A program made the position numbers and the translations under genes. DNA of 64,000 nucleotides, from positions 354,069 through 418,068 of IMG/VR virus record IMGVR_UViG_3300021400_000025; one strand, 5' to 3'. Source of the DNA: a virus. Lineage: Duplodnaviria > Heunggongvirae > Uroviricota > Caudoviricetes. Of the stretch, positions 43,609 through 54,826 are shown piece by piece (within the stretch, counting starts at the first letter, position 1; each line of letters starts with the position of its first letter). The notes under the pieces are model-generated. The model was not told where the DNA came from and ran no database searches. It saw only the letters and a program-made list of their open reading frames with translations.

Positions 43609-45192
43609 ATGTCGAAAACGAAGAAAAACATATTTTCACGCAAGATGGGCGGAAAGAACGCCCATGCCGACATTGTTTCGTACCAGTTGCACAATCTTTC
43701 CCTTTCTGATTCAGAAAACCTCCCTGAAATCGAAGCATTGGTGAAGACCTACAACTCAGCGTCCAGATGCGCATTCAAGCGGTTCAAGGAACTGGGTCTG
43801 AATGGGATGTTGAAGGGAAACCACGGCAAGAAGAACTTCTGGCAGGTTGACAAGGAAATTGGCTCCCCAATCCAAGGCACCATAATGGCGCTGAGGGAAT
43901 GGCTTGTGAAGAATGGCTATGTCCTTGACTCAACCCTTCTCCAGAACGCCGTGATGACTGGATTCAAGACCTACAAGTCGTTCGAGAGGAAACTGTCCAA
44001 GTGGCAGACCACGAAGGAAAACCCCTCGTTCGGAGACATGGATGCAAGGTCAAGGCAGAAACTCAACAAGGAGGAGTTCCAGTTGACGAGAAACGCATCC
44101 ATCACAGTGATTGGAAAGGCGAAGGGTGGAAACCAGAAGTTCAAACTGGATTCAGAAGACTGCACATTGTCCCTTGTCTGGAGAAGAAAACGAATGGACT
44201 TCTCCTTCCGTTCAAGCAGATTCTCCAAGAAGGGATTGAAAACCCTGAACCTAATCGCCAAGGGAATGGAAGATGGGACTCTGCCAGTGACAGTGACCCT
44301 GACAAGGATTGGGAATGGAAGGTTCAACGCAACCTTGACCTTCTCGGCAGAGGAGCTGAACAAGTTGAAGGAGAAGGGGGTGGAGAAGGAAGAGAAAGTC
44401 AAATCATCCCACCAGTCCTCCAACATGGTCGCTGGAATATGGGTCAACGATGAAGTTGTGCATCATCAGGTGATGGACACGACAAGGCATAACAAGGTAA
44501 TCCACTCAAGGACATGGAAGGTCGAGGATTTTTCAGGAGAAAAAACAACAAGGAAATACCTGAACGAGAGGATTGCCAAGCATGACTGGAAGACGGTGAA
44601 CGCAATCAAGAGGAGGATTGCGAACAGGACAATCTCGGAGACAAGCAGAATCCTCAACAAGATTTTCAGCACAAACAAGGGATATGGGGTGAAGATTGTG
44701 GTGGTGGAAAGCGCAAGAAGCAAGGGAAACCGCCAGTTCAACAACTCCCTGATATCCTTCAGCAAGGAGAAGATAATGAACGGGTCGGCGAAGACCTGCT
44801 TCATGACATACTCAAGGCTGGTGAAGATGGTTCAGAAAAAATGCTCAGAGTTCGGAATGGAACTTGGCAAGGTAGATGGAACCTTCATCCAGATGAAAGC
44901 GATTTTGGAATCCCCATCCATGACAGACGCAATCAAGAACGCCTGCACATGCATGGTTGGGAGATTCGTCAGAAAAGAAAAACCAGACGTGGACTTGACC
45001 GGTTGGCGCAAGTGGATGTCTGACCCTTCCATGCTTGATTGGGTCGGGCATCTGCTCCACAACAAACGCTCCCGGCAGGCAAGGTCTGAGACAAGAAGGG
45101 CGTTCAAAGCAAGGGCTGTGGAGAAAGCAGCCCGCCTGGTTGACAACAGGAACAGACTCGGCGACAGAGTTTTTCAGGCACATCACGTCTGA
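43609..45192 (+). CDS. TnpB/Cas12f-related protein with inactivated RuvC
   Basis: YNSASRCAFKRF, KEEF..R..IG..GGNQKF, RuvC-I GIWVN (D to W), RuvC-II IVVVES, TYSRL..KC..FGMELGKVD, RuvC-III KNACTCMVGR. Confidence 0.7.
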   Translation: MSKTKKNIFSRKMGGKNAHADIVSYQLHNLSLSDSENLPEIEALVKTYNSASRCAFKRFKELGLNGMLKGNHGKKNFWQVDKEIGSPIQGTIMALREWLVKNGYVLDSTLLQNAVMTGFKTYKSFERKLSKWQTTKENPSFGDMDARSRQKLNKEEFQLTRNASITVIGKAKGGNQKFKLDSEDCTLSLVWRRKRMDFSFRSSRFSKKGLKTLNLIAKGMEDGTLPVTVTLTRIGNGRFNATLTFSAEELNKLKEKGVEKEEKVKSSHQSSNMVAGIWVNDEVVHHQVMDTTRHNKVIHSRTWKVEDFSGEKTTRKYLNERIAKHDWKTVNAIKRRIANRTISETSRILNKIFSTNKGYGVKIVVVESARSKGNRQFNNSLISFSKEKIMNGSAKTCFMTYSRLVKMVQKKCSEFGMELGKVDGTFIQMKAILESPSMTDAIKNACTCMVGRFVRKEKPDVDLTGWRKWMSDPSMLDWVGHLLHNKRSRQARSETRRAFKARAVEKAARLVDNRNRLGDRVFQAHHV

Positions 45193-45353
45193 AACATCCC
45201 TGATGGGAATGCCACCTGAAGAGTCCATTTCGCAATATCCACACATGGTCCAACCAACCATCTTCTACCATGGGATTTTGTCGTTTCAGCCCATATGTAC
45301 ATAATATGCCATTAAAGATTCTTGGACATCAACTTGACAATCCTTGACCTCCC

Positions 45354-45552
45354 AATGTTGAAGGCAATATGAAATATTGAAGGCAATATATTGAAAAACA
45401 ATGAAAGAAAATACTGAAGAAAAATATTGAAGATAGAAAGAATATTGAAGACAATATAATGAAAATACTGTGAAAAGAAAATATTGAAGATAATATGTTG
45501 AAGATAGAAGATTATGGAATCAAAAGCATTGAAGATGAAGAACATGTTGAAA
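45354..45552 (+). repeat. About 11 degenerate AATATTGAAG-type direct repeats in a purine/AT-rich tract
   Basis: Exact copies at 45373, 45423, 45441, 45480; variants at 45354, 45387, 45410, 45464, 45494, 45525, 45543. Confidence 0.8.
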
Positions 45553-45569
45553 AACACTTCATGTCAGAA

Positions 45570-45830
45570 CTTCTCATGCTGAAATCCACGAAGCTTTGAT
45601 TGAAAGTCGATGGGGGAGTTGATGCCGGCTTCGCCAGCATCACCCCCGAATGTCTGACGACATTCTCCCCCCAAGATTCAGCAATTCATTGGGAAATGCT
45701 TGGGAATTGTTCGATGTTCTTTGACGAAAGCTGTTGAACCAGACGAATGTACTTGTCAAAGCTTTCAACTTGAAAACCATGGGGAGATGTTTTTAATATA
45801 GGACCTATGCAGATATATATGTTGAAAGAT
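45570..45830. ncRNA. Putative structured ncRNA downstream of the dead TnpB
   Basis: Nested stems GGGGGAG/CTCCCCC, TGATGC/GCATCA, GAATGTC/GACATTC, AAGCTTTGA/TCAAAGCTT, CTTTCAAC/GTTGAAAG; no credible ORF. Confidence 0.45.
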
Positions 45831-45896
45831 GGAAAGAAAGATAGATTGATTTTCCACGCGCAAGGGGGTGGCGATTTTTTTTGTCGTTTTGCTGTC

Positions 45897-47798
45897 TCAA
45901 AGCCCAATCTTCATCCATTTTTCGTTCACGGGATTTCCATCATCGTCAGTTATCTGGACTTCATCGGTGTCTGGCTTTGCCAAGGCTTCATCAGGATCAT
46001 CGGTGACTCGAACTTCGTCTTCTTCATCTGGGACATTGACCTCTGGCTTGGATTGCCTTGGCTCTTCTTCATCCACCTTCCCATCTTCAGGTTCATCTGG
46101 TGGGGGCAGTGGCTTCTTTGGTTGTTCTGGTTCCTCTGGTTCATCTGGCTTTTCGGAGGTCTTGACGACATCAACATCCTTCTGTTGTTCAGGCTCTTTC
46201 TTCTTTTGTTGCTGCTGTCCATCGTCCTTCTTCGACTATGGCTTTGGTTTTGGTTTTTCTGGAGTGTTCTTGTAGTTCTCCATGTCGGCCTTTGTCTTCA
46301 TCTTCGCGTCCTGCTCCTTCTCTCTGTTCTGACGATGAGCCTTCATCTTCTGCTCCTCCTTCTCCTTCTCTTGCTCCTCTTTCCTCCTCTGATCTTCCAA
46401 TCTGTCGATTTCCTGCTTGATTTCAATGGTGAACTTGGGGGAGAACGAAGTTGGGGACCTCTTCGCCTGGAGACAGTTGTCAACAAGGAAGCACTTGATT
46501 GTGTTGTCCTCGCCTGGGGTGAAGTCCTGCCCATAGAAGTAGGTCGCCTGTCCACGTATCTTCGTCCGTCTGGTTCTGTATGAATATGGCGCAACCCTTC
46601 TGGAGATAGTCTCTCCATCCACAGTCTCGTACTTCAACCAGACCATCTTGTGGTTCTCCGCGCACCATGCTATAGTGTCCCACATGTCCTCTGTGCGTTC
46701 AAGGAAGATCCATCTGCCATCTTCGTCTGCGCTTTCCTTCATCACTGTCCTTCTTGTCTTCCTTCTCCTCTTGCGCCTTTTCCTCTTCGGTGGCTCGTCC
46801 CCAGTGACATAGTGTCTGCCGTTTGGCAAGGGCGCGTTGATTCCAGGAACAACAACGCCATCCACTATCCACTTGCCCTCCTTTGACGCTACCGACACTC
46901 CACAGAATATCAGGGTGAACGCGCTGTTCTTGATCTTCCACTTGGTGTAGATTGGGAAGTTTTCGATGATGTCTGTGTCCTGCTTCTCTATTATCCTCTC
47001 AATCTTCTGGGTTCCACTTGACATCCCCTCGAAGTTCCCAATGAACACCGCACCATTCGTTATGTCTGTACCGAACCAACAGAGGTTGAGGAGTTCCTTG
47101 TTCGTGATTCTGACGTCCATGTAGTCCCCAGATCCAAGTCCATTTTCCCTTGCGTATCTTCTCAGAATCCTTGCGCATCCAGCCAGGATTTCGCGGAACA
47201 TCTTCTTCACCTTGCAGACGTATGTCGCGTTAGTCTTCTTGTGGGAGATGCCATATGTTGAACCATCTGCCAACTTCACTGTGGTGTCCGTCCTGCACAC
47301 CTTTCCATCCTTGCCATGGATTTGGGCCGAGTCAATGACCTCCACTATGTCAAGCACGACACGTTTTCCATAATTGTCTGAAATGTCAAGGTGGCACACG
47401 CCATTCTTCTGTATCTCGTTGAATATGAACTTCTGGAAGTCAAGTTCGTTCTGCCTCCCCGCCCTGTGCGTCCCACCCTTCATTATCTTCACGATAATCA
47501 CTTCGTCGGTTCCATCTTGGACAGCCTGCAGCATGAACCCTGTTGCCTTTGTCTTCCGTGGCTGAATGAACTCAACGCCAATGTCTGGACCCACCTCGAA
47601 CCTCAACTTCTTCCTTGTCTCGGATGGGTCGGAGCAGTGGACGTGGATGACCTTCACGCCCTTTTTCCTCTCCACGACCTCGACTTCAAGTCCTTCCTCT
47701 TGCCTCAGAATCTCGGCAAGTTCGTCAACGGAGAAAGCCTCGTAGTTCTCCTCATCGTCATCGAAATCCTCAATGTCATCATCGTCAAAGTCCTTCAT
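45897..47798 (-). CDS. Nuclease-like (PD-(D/E)XK) + WYL domain + Pro/Glu-rich tail (TAG 46236-46238 read through)
   Basis: NE..RTD..GISHKK; WYL-like VWLKYE..GETISRRVAPYSY..YFYG..IKCFLVDN; frame continues to TGA at 45897. Confidence 0.65.
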
Positions 47799-47814
47799 GT
47801 TCCCGATTCTCCAT

Positions 47815-50800
47815 TCATCTTGTCTGCTTCATCCTCTGGTTGAACTTTCCTGCAAGCGAAGGGTCGTTCATTGGTGGGTATTTGCCACCTTCTGGGTTCA
47901 TCAACTTGAACACCTCCTCGAACTGCTGGTTGTCAAGTTCATCTGGAAGGACTTTCCTCAACGCCTTTTTGTCGTCTATGTGGTCTCGCACATAGGTTGC
48001 CGAGATGTTCTCGTTCCCACTTGTTGTGGCAGGCGCTGCGTTCTTGGCAACGTCAAGTATCTCAACATTCTGGAGGGTGTCGACGAACTTGGGGTTGGTG
48101 AACTGGTCAAATCTCTTTGGGTCGTCCTTGTCGGAAAGCCCAAGCATCACCTTGCAGTTGCTGATGTGATGCAGCATGGAGTTCACCCAGTTCATTGGGT
48201 TCAACGTCATGGATATGCTCACCTTGTCTTCAATTCCTGCAGCTTGACAGTAAATCTCCATTATCTGTCCAGCCACGAAGTTTGGCATTGTCCTTCCAAA
48301 CTTGTCCTTTCTCTGGGAAGCCACGTTTGTCTGCCCTGATATGGCAACTATGACCTCATCGCACTTTTTGGCGTAGAACTTCACCATGTCGAAATGCCCC
48401 TTGTGTGGTGGCTTGAACGAACCTGGAATCAAGGCGATTGTCTTGCCCTGCTTGTCCGTGATCTTTCCACCAACGAAGTCCACAAGCGACATGACATCGT
48501 TCGTCAACTGCGCTGGGTCGAATTTCTGTGGGAGCATGTTCGCCCTGCTCTTTGATATGTCGTCAATGAACTTTGGCAAGTCAGTCCTTGTCTGCGCGTT
48601 GTCGATGAGTTCTGCGCTCCTTGTGGCGAACTTGGGGAGAAGTTCCTCGTATTTCGCCTGGTACTTCTCTGGATTCTTCCTTATGGCGTTCACCATCTGC
48701 GAGAACCCAGCCTTCTCTGGCATTCCTGTTATCTGGCTCAAGAACTTCTTGGTGAAGTTAGCCATTTCGTCAATCTCGCCAAAGTAGCCATTTCTTATGT
48801 CCTTCCATGACTGGTAGTGGATGCCGTACAGCCTTCCACCCAACTCGAACGCAACTCCCTCAAGAGAGCCATCGTCTTCTGGCATTATGTCGGGGTTCTT
48901 GAACTTGCGCTTCATGATGTCGGTCATGGCTGCGTTGATGCTGTCGCGCACTCTCTCCGCCTCTTCCTTCTTCATGTCCATTGGGTCTGTCTTTGACAGT
49001 GGCTCAATGACCTCTTTCGGGAAATCGTCCTTGCTGATGTCAATCTCCTGCGCGAACTGGTTGATGTCAAAGTAAGATGCGTTCGCGTCAGAAAGTTCCG
49101 AACATGCGAAATGGACAATCTTCTTCTTGGTCTCATCGTCCAGATTGTATGCCTTTTCGCTGTTGAGTCCCTTCACGTCAATTATGACAAGAGACCCGTT
49201 CTTTCCAAGTTTTGTCGCGTCATATGTTGTGCCGACATAGGTGATGGTTCCATCTGCGTCCGCGAACTCGTCTCCATTTGCCAGAAGCTCTCCGACGAGT
49301 TTCACTCCATCAAGACCCAGTTTCTTGGCGAACTGAGCCATCTTCTTGTTCTGGTGAGATTCAACGTAATCGTAGAACTTCCTTTCGTGTGGGAACACGC
49401 CCTTTCCAGTTATCGCCTCAACTCCTTCCTTGTCAAGAAGTCCAGAGTAGGACAGTTCCATCATGACCTTTCCATCAAGCCACGCCACCCTGAATGGATA
49501 TCCATCAATCTTCGGCGTTGTCTTCACAAGAAGCGACGAGTTGTTGACCCCATCTATGAAGTTTTGGAGAAACACGCGCAAGTCCTTTCCAGTCAACTGG
49601 TGTATCTTCGTCATTGCCTCCCTTGGCGTGTCAAGGGCTGACATGTTCTTGGTTGACTTGATGGATTCGTCAAATACTTTTTTTTTAGTGGTTGATTCGG
49701 CGGCAGCGAGTCGTTCTGCTTTCTTTTTCTTCGCCAGTCCAAACATTCCCTTCAAGTTGTCAATTCCAAGGTACTTCTCCAGCTCTGGTGGAAGATAGGG
49801 CAGGTTTCCACCCTTGATTGCCTGCTCTATTCCAAGTTTCAACGCCTCTCTGAAAATAGGCTCCTTCTTGGGGTCTTTGAGAATGCCAACCTTCTTGACG
49901 GCCTTCCATGCGTCTTTCCAGGTCAGCATGTTCTGGGAATCAACGCCAAACAGGATTTCGCATATCTCGTCTGGGTCGTCCGTCACCAGTTCCATTCCAG
50001 TCTTCTCCTCGGAACCCTTGTGGAAACCCTCTTCGCCTTTCTTCCCCTTCATCAATGGACGTTCAAAGGTCTTCTTGTACAGTCCTCCAATCTGGTGGCT
50101 GTACGAATACCTTTCCCATTTTGTGGCATTGTCCTCTCCATCCCTCTTGTTCACCTTGCCCTTGTCAAGAACCTTGTAGCCACTTACCTTCGCTGCTGCG
50201 CTGATTATCTGGTTCCTCACAAGACCCTTCACATAGTCCTCGCCCTCCTTCTCTGCTGGAGCATATTGAGACCAATCCCTGAACTTCAGGTTCTTGTCTG
50301 GGATGAGGTCAAGTTGGACATATTGATCATCCTGCTTTCCATCCGAGTTCACTATTGGATAGGCAAACGCAATTCCCTCGAATCCATATTGTGGCAACTC
50401 GTCAATGCCAATGCTGTATTTCTCGGCGAAATCCCTGCATATGTCAAACCATTCCTCTGGGGTCTCAATTCCAAACTTGTCCTGTAGGGCAGACATTGAG
50501 ATTGCGCAGTCAACGTCTCCACTTGAACCTGAATCCAGTTTCTTACCTGTTGAGCCAGTGAATATGATTTCATCGTCCTTCAATCCAAAGAACTCCTTCA
50601 ACTTGCCACGTATTTCGTCCATGGTTGGCTTTGCGTTCTTCTGGTTGATTCTGGTGACGTAATCGAATCTGTTTCCACCTTCCTTGACAATCATGGTTGA
50701 TTCGTTCGCCTGAATTGGCTCAAGTCCAGTCGCGTCAAGTATCTCTGGTGGAATCTCAACTCCAGCCTTCATCTTGTCAATCATTTTCTCCCTTAGAGAC

Positions 50801-51729
50801 TATATGAACTTGTCCCAGTTGTCCTTCGCCCAATAAGCCTTCTTCGCGGCGTTCCATGTGCTTTCCCAGTCCATCAAGTCCTTTCCCTTGACATTCGGCC
50901 CAAACATCTTCTTGGCTATTGTGTCTGGGTCGTTCGTGACGAGAGTTCTGGAGTCCTTTGTCCCAGTGGTGTATACAGTGTCTGGCGCGCCCTTTGGCTG
51001 AATCTTCATTGGTTGTCTGACGCATTTCTTCATGTTGAGACCTTCCTGTATGAAGTAGGAGTATTCCTCCCATTCAACCATGTCCTTCCTTATTCCATCC
51101 TTGAACTTGACAAGTCCAGTCTTCAGAACCTTCACCTTGTCCATGGCATGGGCAACGGCCTCTATTATGGAATTGCGCACTGCTCCCTTGAAGAACTTCT
51201 TTCCCTGCACTTCCGAAGGAGAGTACAGAGACCAGTTCTGGAACTTCATGTGCCTTGTCGCCATCATGTCAAGTTGGACGAACTCCCCCTCCTGTTTTCC
51301 ATCGAAGTTCTGTATCGGGCACTTGATTGAATACAGAGTGGGTATCATTCTGGATTCAATTCCCATGTCGTCCATCACTGGCTTGCAGTGGTCGGCAAGT
51401 GCCCTGACAATCTCCTTGGTGTCTGTTATCCCTTCAAGGAAATCGCATTTTGTCGCGTCAATGCCCAGATCAATGTCCCCACTTGTTCCACCAGCCAGTT
51501 TCTTCCCAGTGCTTCCAAGTGGCTGTACCCATTTTCTGTCAATGTCCAACGCTGGGAGGATGATCTGGTAGATGTACTTCAACGTCGCCGCGACATTCTC
51601 CTGATGGATTCTGGTTGCGTCAGGAAACATCTTTCCCCCTTCCATCACCAGTTCATTCTGTTCGCCAACAAGAACTGTCCTCAAATCTTCAGCGCTCATT
51701 CTACCAACCGTGTCTTTAATTCTGTTCAT
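47815..51729 (-). CDS. ~1300-aa fusion: NTase - NTase - ligase-like adenylation domain - HxGH cytidylyltransferase (TAG 50800-50802 read through)
   Basis: Two GSTGKK..SGD(I/V)D..VQLD domains, TPKIDG motif and PGSFKPPHKGH; KFI*SLREKMID is in frame. Confidence 0.75.
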
Positions 51730-51760
51730 GGTCAAGTTGCCTTAAGGTGTCTGTTGTTTC

Positions 51761-51792
51761 TATTTACCAAAAGAGAACCAGAAAGGTAAATA
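51761..51792. promoter_or_regulatory. Back-to-back GTAAATA promoters
   Basis: TATTTAC at 51761-51767, GTAAATA at 51786-51792. Confidence 0.65.
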
Positions 51793-51800
51793 GTCATACC

Positions 51801-53708
51801 ATGAAAATACCACAGCCATTCACTGAGGGTGGACATATGCCCTTCAAGAACGATGCTGGGGAGCAGCTTGAAGTTTCCCCGATAGACCAGGAAAACGTTG
51901 CCGCGACCCTTGACGATATACATGACAGGTTCATTTCGGGATACCTTCATCTTGATCCAGACAAGGACACATCCACTCTTGGTTCCACGGGAAAGAGGTT
52001 GAATGGAGAGCAGAGTTCTGACATAGACATAGCCATTGACTATTCAAGGCTGCAGGAGGAATGGGATTTGCCAGAATGGACTGGGAAGCGCATTGAGGAA
52101 TGGGTGGATTTGGCAAAGTCTGGCGCAGAGGAATGTGGGGTTGAGTTTTCCATGGCCGCTACGGTGTGTTCATTGCGTTGGCCGATTGTGAACGATGATG
52201 GAAAACAGAAGGACGAGTACGTTCAAGTTGACTTGATGCCCACAACCAACATGAAGATGACCAAGTTTGGAAGGTTCTCCCAGCAGCAGAAGGATGGGGA
52301 GACTTTCTTCAAGGGTTCTGTGAGGAACATAATGTTGGCAATCATGGCTCGCTGTTCATACCACAAGGACTTGACTGACGAGACCCACATCAAGGTTTTG
52401 GACGATGGCACTGAGAAGGAAGTCCACAACGAATACGAGGGATGGACATACGACCAGAACACTGGTTTGCATCTTTGCCACAAGAAGTACATGCAGTATT
52501 CCAGAAATGGAAATGGGTTCAAGAAGGGCGATTGGAAGCCCCATGCCACGGTTGTTGACTCTCCTGTGATTTCATCTGACCCAGACGAGATAGTTGAAAT
52601 GATATTTGGCAAGGGAGTGACTCCAGATGACGTTGATTCGGTGCAGAAGATGTGGAGGGCGTGGTTGACTGCTCCCGCAGTCAAGGAGAACCCAGATCTT
52701 GTTGAAGAGGTGAAGACGCAAGTTCAGAGATCCGCGTAGAACAATTCAGACTTGACCTTCCCAGATTTTGATGGAGAGGAGTTCGTGAACGAGGCAAGAG
52801 TGAAGAAAGACCCTAGGCAACAGGTTAAGGAATACCTTGATTCGCTTCCAGATGATTTGGTTGAGAAGTTGAACACAAGATGCGCCGAGTTGCTGGACAA
52901 ATGGGGAGTGGAAGTTGACGACACCCCAATAGAAATGATGAACCGCGAAATGGGCGACGAGAGGTTCATGCAGTTTCTGAGAAAGACAGTTCCATTGACC
53001 GAGCCAAAGGTCAGGGACATGGGCGCAAACAACTTCGTATAGAAGTTCTTCGATCCACCATTTGACTTGGAGGCTTTCATTGGGAAGATGGCAAGGGAGA
53101 AGGGCATTTCATTCGCGCAGGCTGAACAGGAATGGAACAGATCAATAATGGACAGTACCCATGTTGGAAGATACGCCCATATGCTCGCTGACGATGCCGT
53201 GAATGGCAGACCTCCATCCAAGGAAGGAGAGAATCCAAAGGAGGTGGCCGTTTACACAGCCATTTACGACTACGCAAAGAAGTTGGTTGAGGGGGCGACT
53301 GACGTTGAAAGCGAAGTTTCCCTTCACGCAAGTTCGGCAACAGTTGGTGGCAAGTTCGATTTGCTGATGAAGAAGAATGGCGTGTGGACATTGGTTGATT
53401 GGAAGACCAATGGCGAGGAACTTGAGGACATACCCAATGGGAAGGTTGGGTTGGATGAATTGACCAAGAACATCAACAACAACTCCTACAACAAGTATGC
53501 GCTCCAATTGAACGTATATGAATGGGCTGCGAAGGACTCTGGCAAGATTCCAAGGAACGCAAAGGTCAGCAAGGAACTCCACCATTTCCAGTACCTTGAG
53601 GATGGAAAGCCAGTGAAGATAACCGTTGTGAAGGTTCCAGATTTGCAGGAACTTGTGCAGGCAATGGTGGAACGGGCAATTGAACTTGGCGTTGTCAAAA
53701 GGAAATAA
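51801..53708 (+). CDS. NTase fused to a Cas4-like PD-(D/E)XK nuclease (TAG 52737, 53040 read through)
   Basis: GSTGKR..SSDIDIAI..VQVD; GKFDLL..LVDWKT..YALQLNVY; three track ORFs in one frame. Confidence 0.75.
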
Positions 53709-53745
53709 GTAAATAGAATGTGAATCAACATTGAGGAAACAGAAA

Positions 53746-54744
53746 ATGAAGTTCAAGAAAATTGTGAAAGAGGCGAAGAAGCCAATGAAGAAATCGCAGA
53801 GGAAGCAACAGTGGTGGTTTGACATTCCTGGGGCGAAGCACATCTATCATGGCGATTGGTCAGACCCAGAAATCCAGTACAAGGGTTTCTCTCTGAACTA
53901 TTGGGATGTGATTGACGGAATGTCGGATGTATACAGGGATGAACATCCTGAGGACAAGGACGAGAAGGGGTTTGACGCATGGCTATAGGAACAGGGTGGT
54001 CCAGGTGGATACCTTCAGGGCGATCTCGACAACTTGACCTACGCTTGCCTTGGAGATGATGGATTGGAAGACAAAGAGTGGCTTGGAATTCCAGATGCAT
54101 ACAAGGTGAAGGAGATCTATGGTCAGGGTGATGGAGACTTTGTTCTGTACAAGGACTGCCTCGTGGACATCTCCGAGTTTGAGTATTACGACAAGGACTA
54201 TGACGATTACTTCACATACGAGCATGACCCACAAGGATTCGAGGCGTATTACATTGACAAGGCCAATCGTGGCGAGTTGATTGACCAATTGAATTCAGCA
54301 ATAAGGGGACTTGTCCCAGACTCTGAACTCATGGAAGAAGGTTTCAAGGACGCGATGAAGTCGGGTTGGGAGAAGGTGAAGTCTGGCGTGAAGAAGGTTG
54401 GCAAGGCGATTGGGGACAAGTTCAATGGTCCATTCCGCAAGGGAGACCACATCATGATGAAGGGTGAAGATGGAGAGGAGTTCAAGGGCACAATCAAGGG
54501 TTTCGATCTTGGCGACAGAACCTATGAGGTTCTTCTTGGAAATCCCGTGAACGAGGACTGGGATGGCCGTGGAACGCAAGAGCAGGTTCTTGACATGCCA
54601 GACAGAGCCGAGGAACTTGAATCTGAGATTGAAAAACTGTGGGATGAACTTGGAGACATTGGTGGAAAGAATGAAATCGTTCTTGACCTGATATCGAACT
54701 ATGTTGAACTTGAGAAGATTGATCCTGGCAGGGTGGATTTCTAA
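53746..54744 (+). CDS. Modular hypothetical protein starting MKFKKIVKEA (TAG 53986-53988 read through)
   Basis: In-frame join; GTAAATA at 53709; RBS. Confidence 0.7.
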
Positions 54745-54773
54745 CAGAGCATTTCAATGGACGAAAAATGAAA

Positions 54774-54805
54774 CTGGCGTGGATTTCTCCACGCCATTTC
54801 TTTTC
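54774..54805. terminator. Intrinsic terminator
   Basis: TGGCGTGGA-tttc-TCCACGCCA followed by a T-tract. Confidence 0.7.
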
Positions 54806-54826
54806 CCATGAATGTGTCTGTTGATG

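Noticed and set aside
43609-45192. Active IS200/IS605 element
   Set aside because: No tnpA, RuvC catalytic residues altered, no recognisable element ends
45354-45552. CRISPR array for the Cas12f-like gene
   Set aside because: Repeats are ~10 nt, degenerate and irregularly spaced with low-complexity spacers; no cas1/cas2 in the window
45807-46583. Hydrophobic 258-aa membrane protein on the + strand
   Set aside because: Antisense shadow of the Lys/Glu/Pro-rich tail of the WYL gene
47815-53708. Canonical CBASS operon
   Set aside because: No Cap2/Cap3, SAVED, patatin or TM effector seen; NTases are late-promoter fusions with different partners
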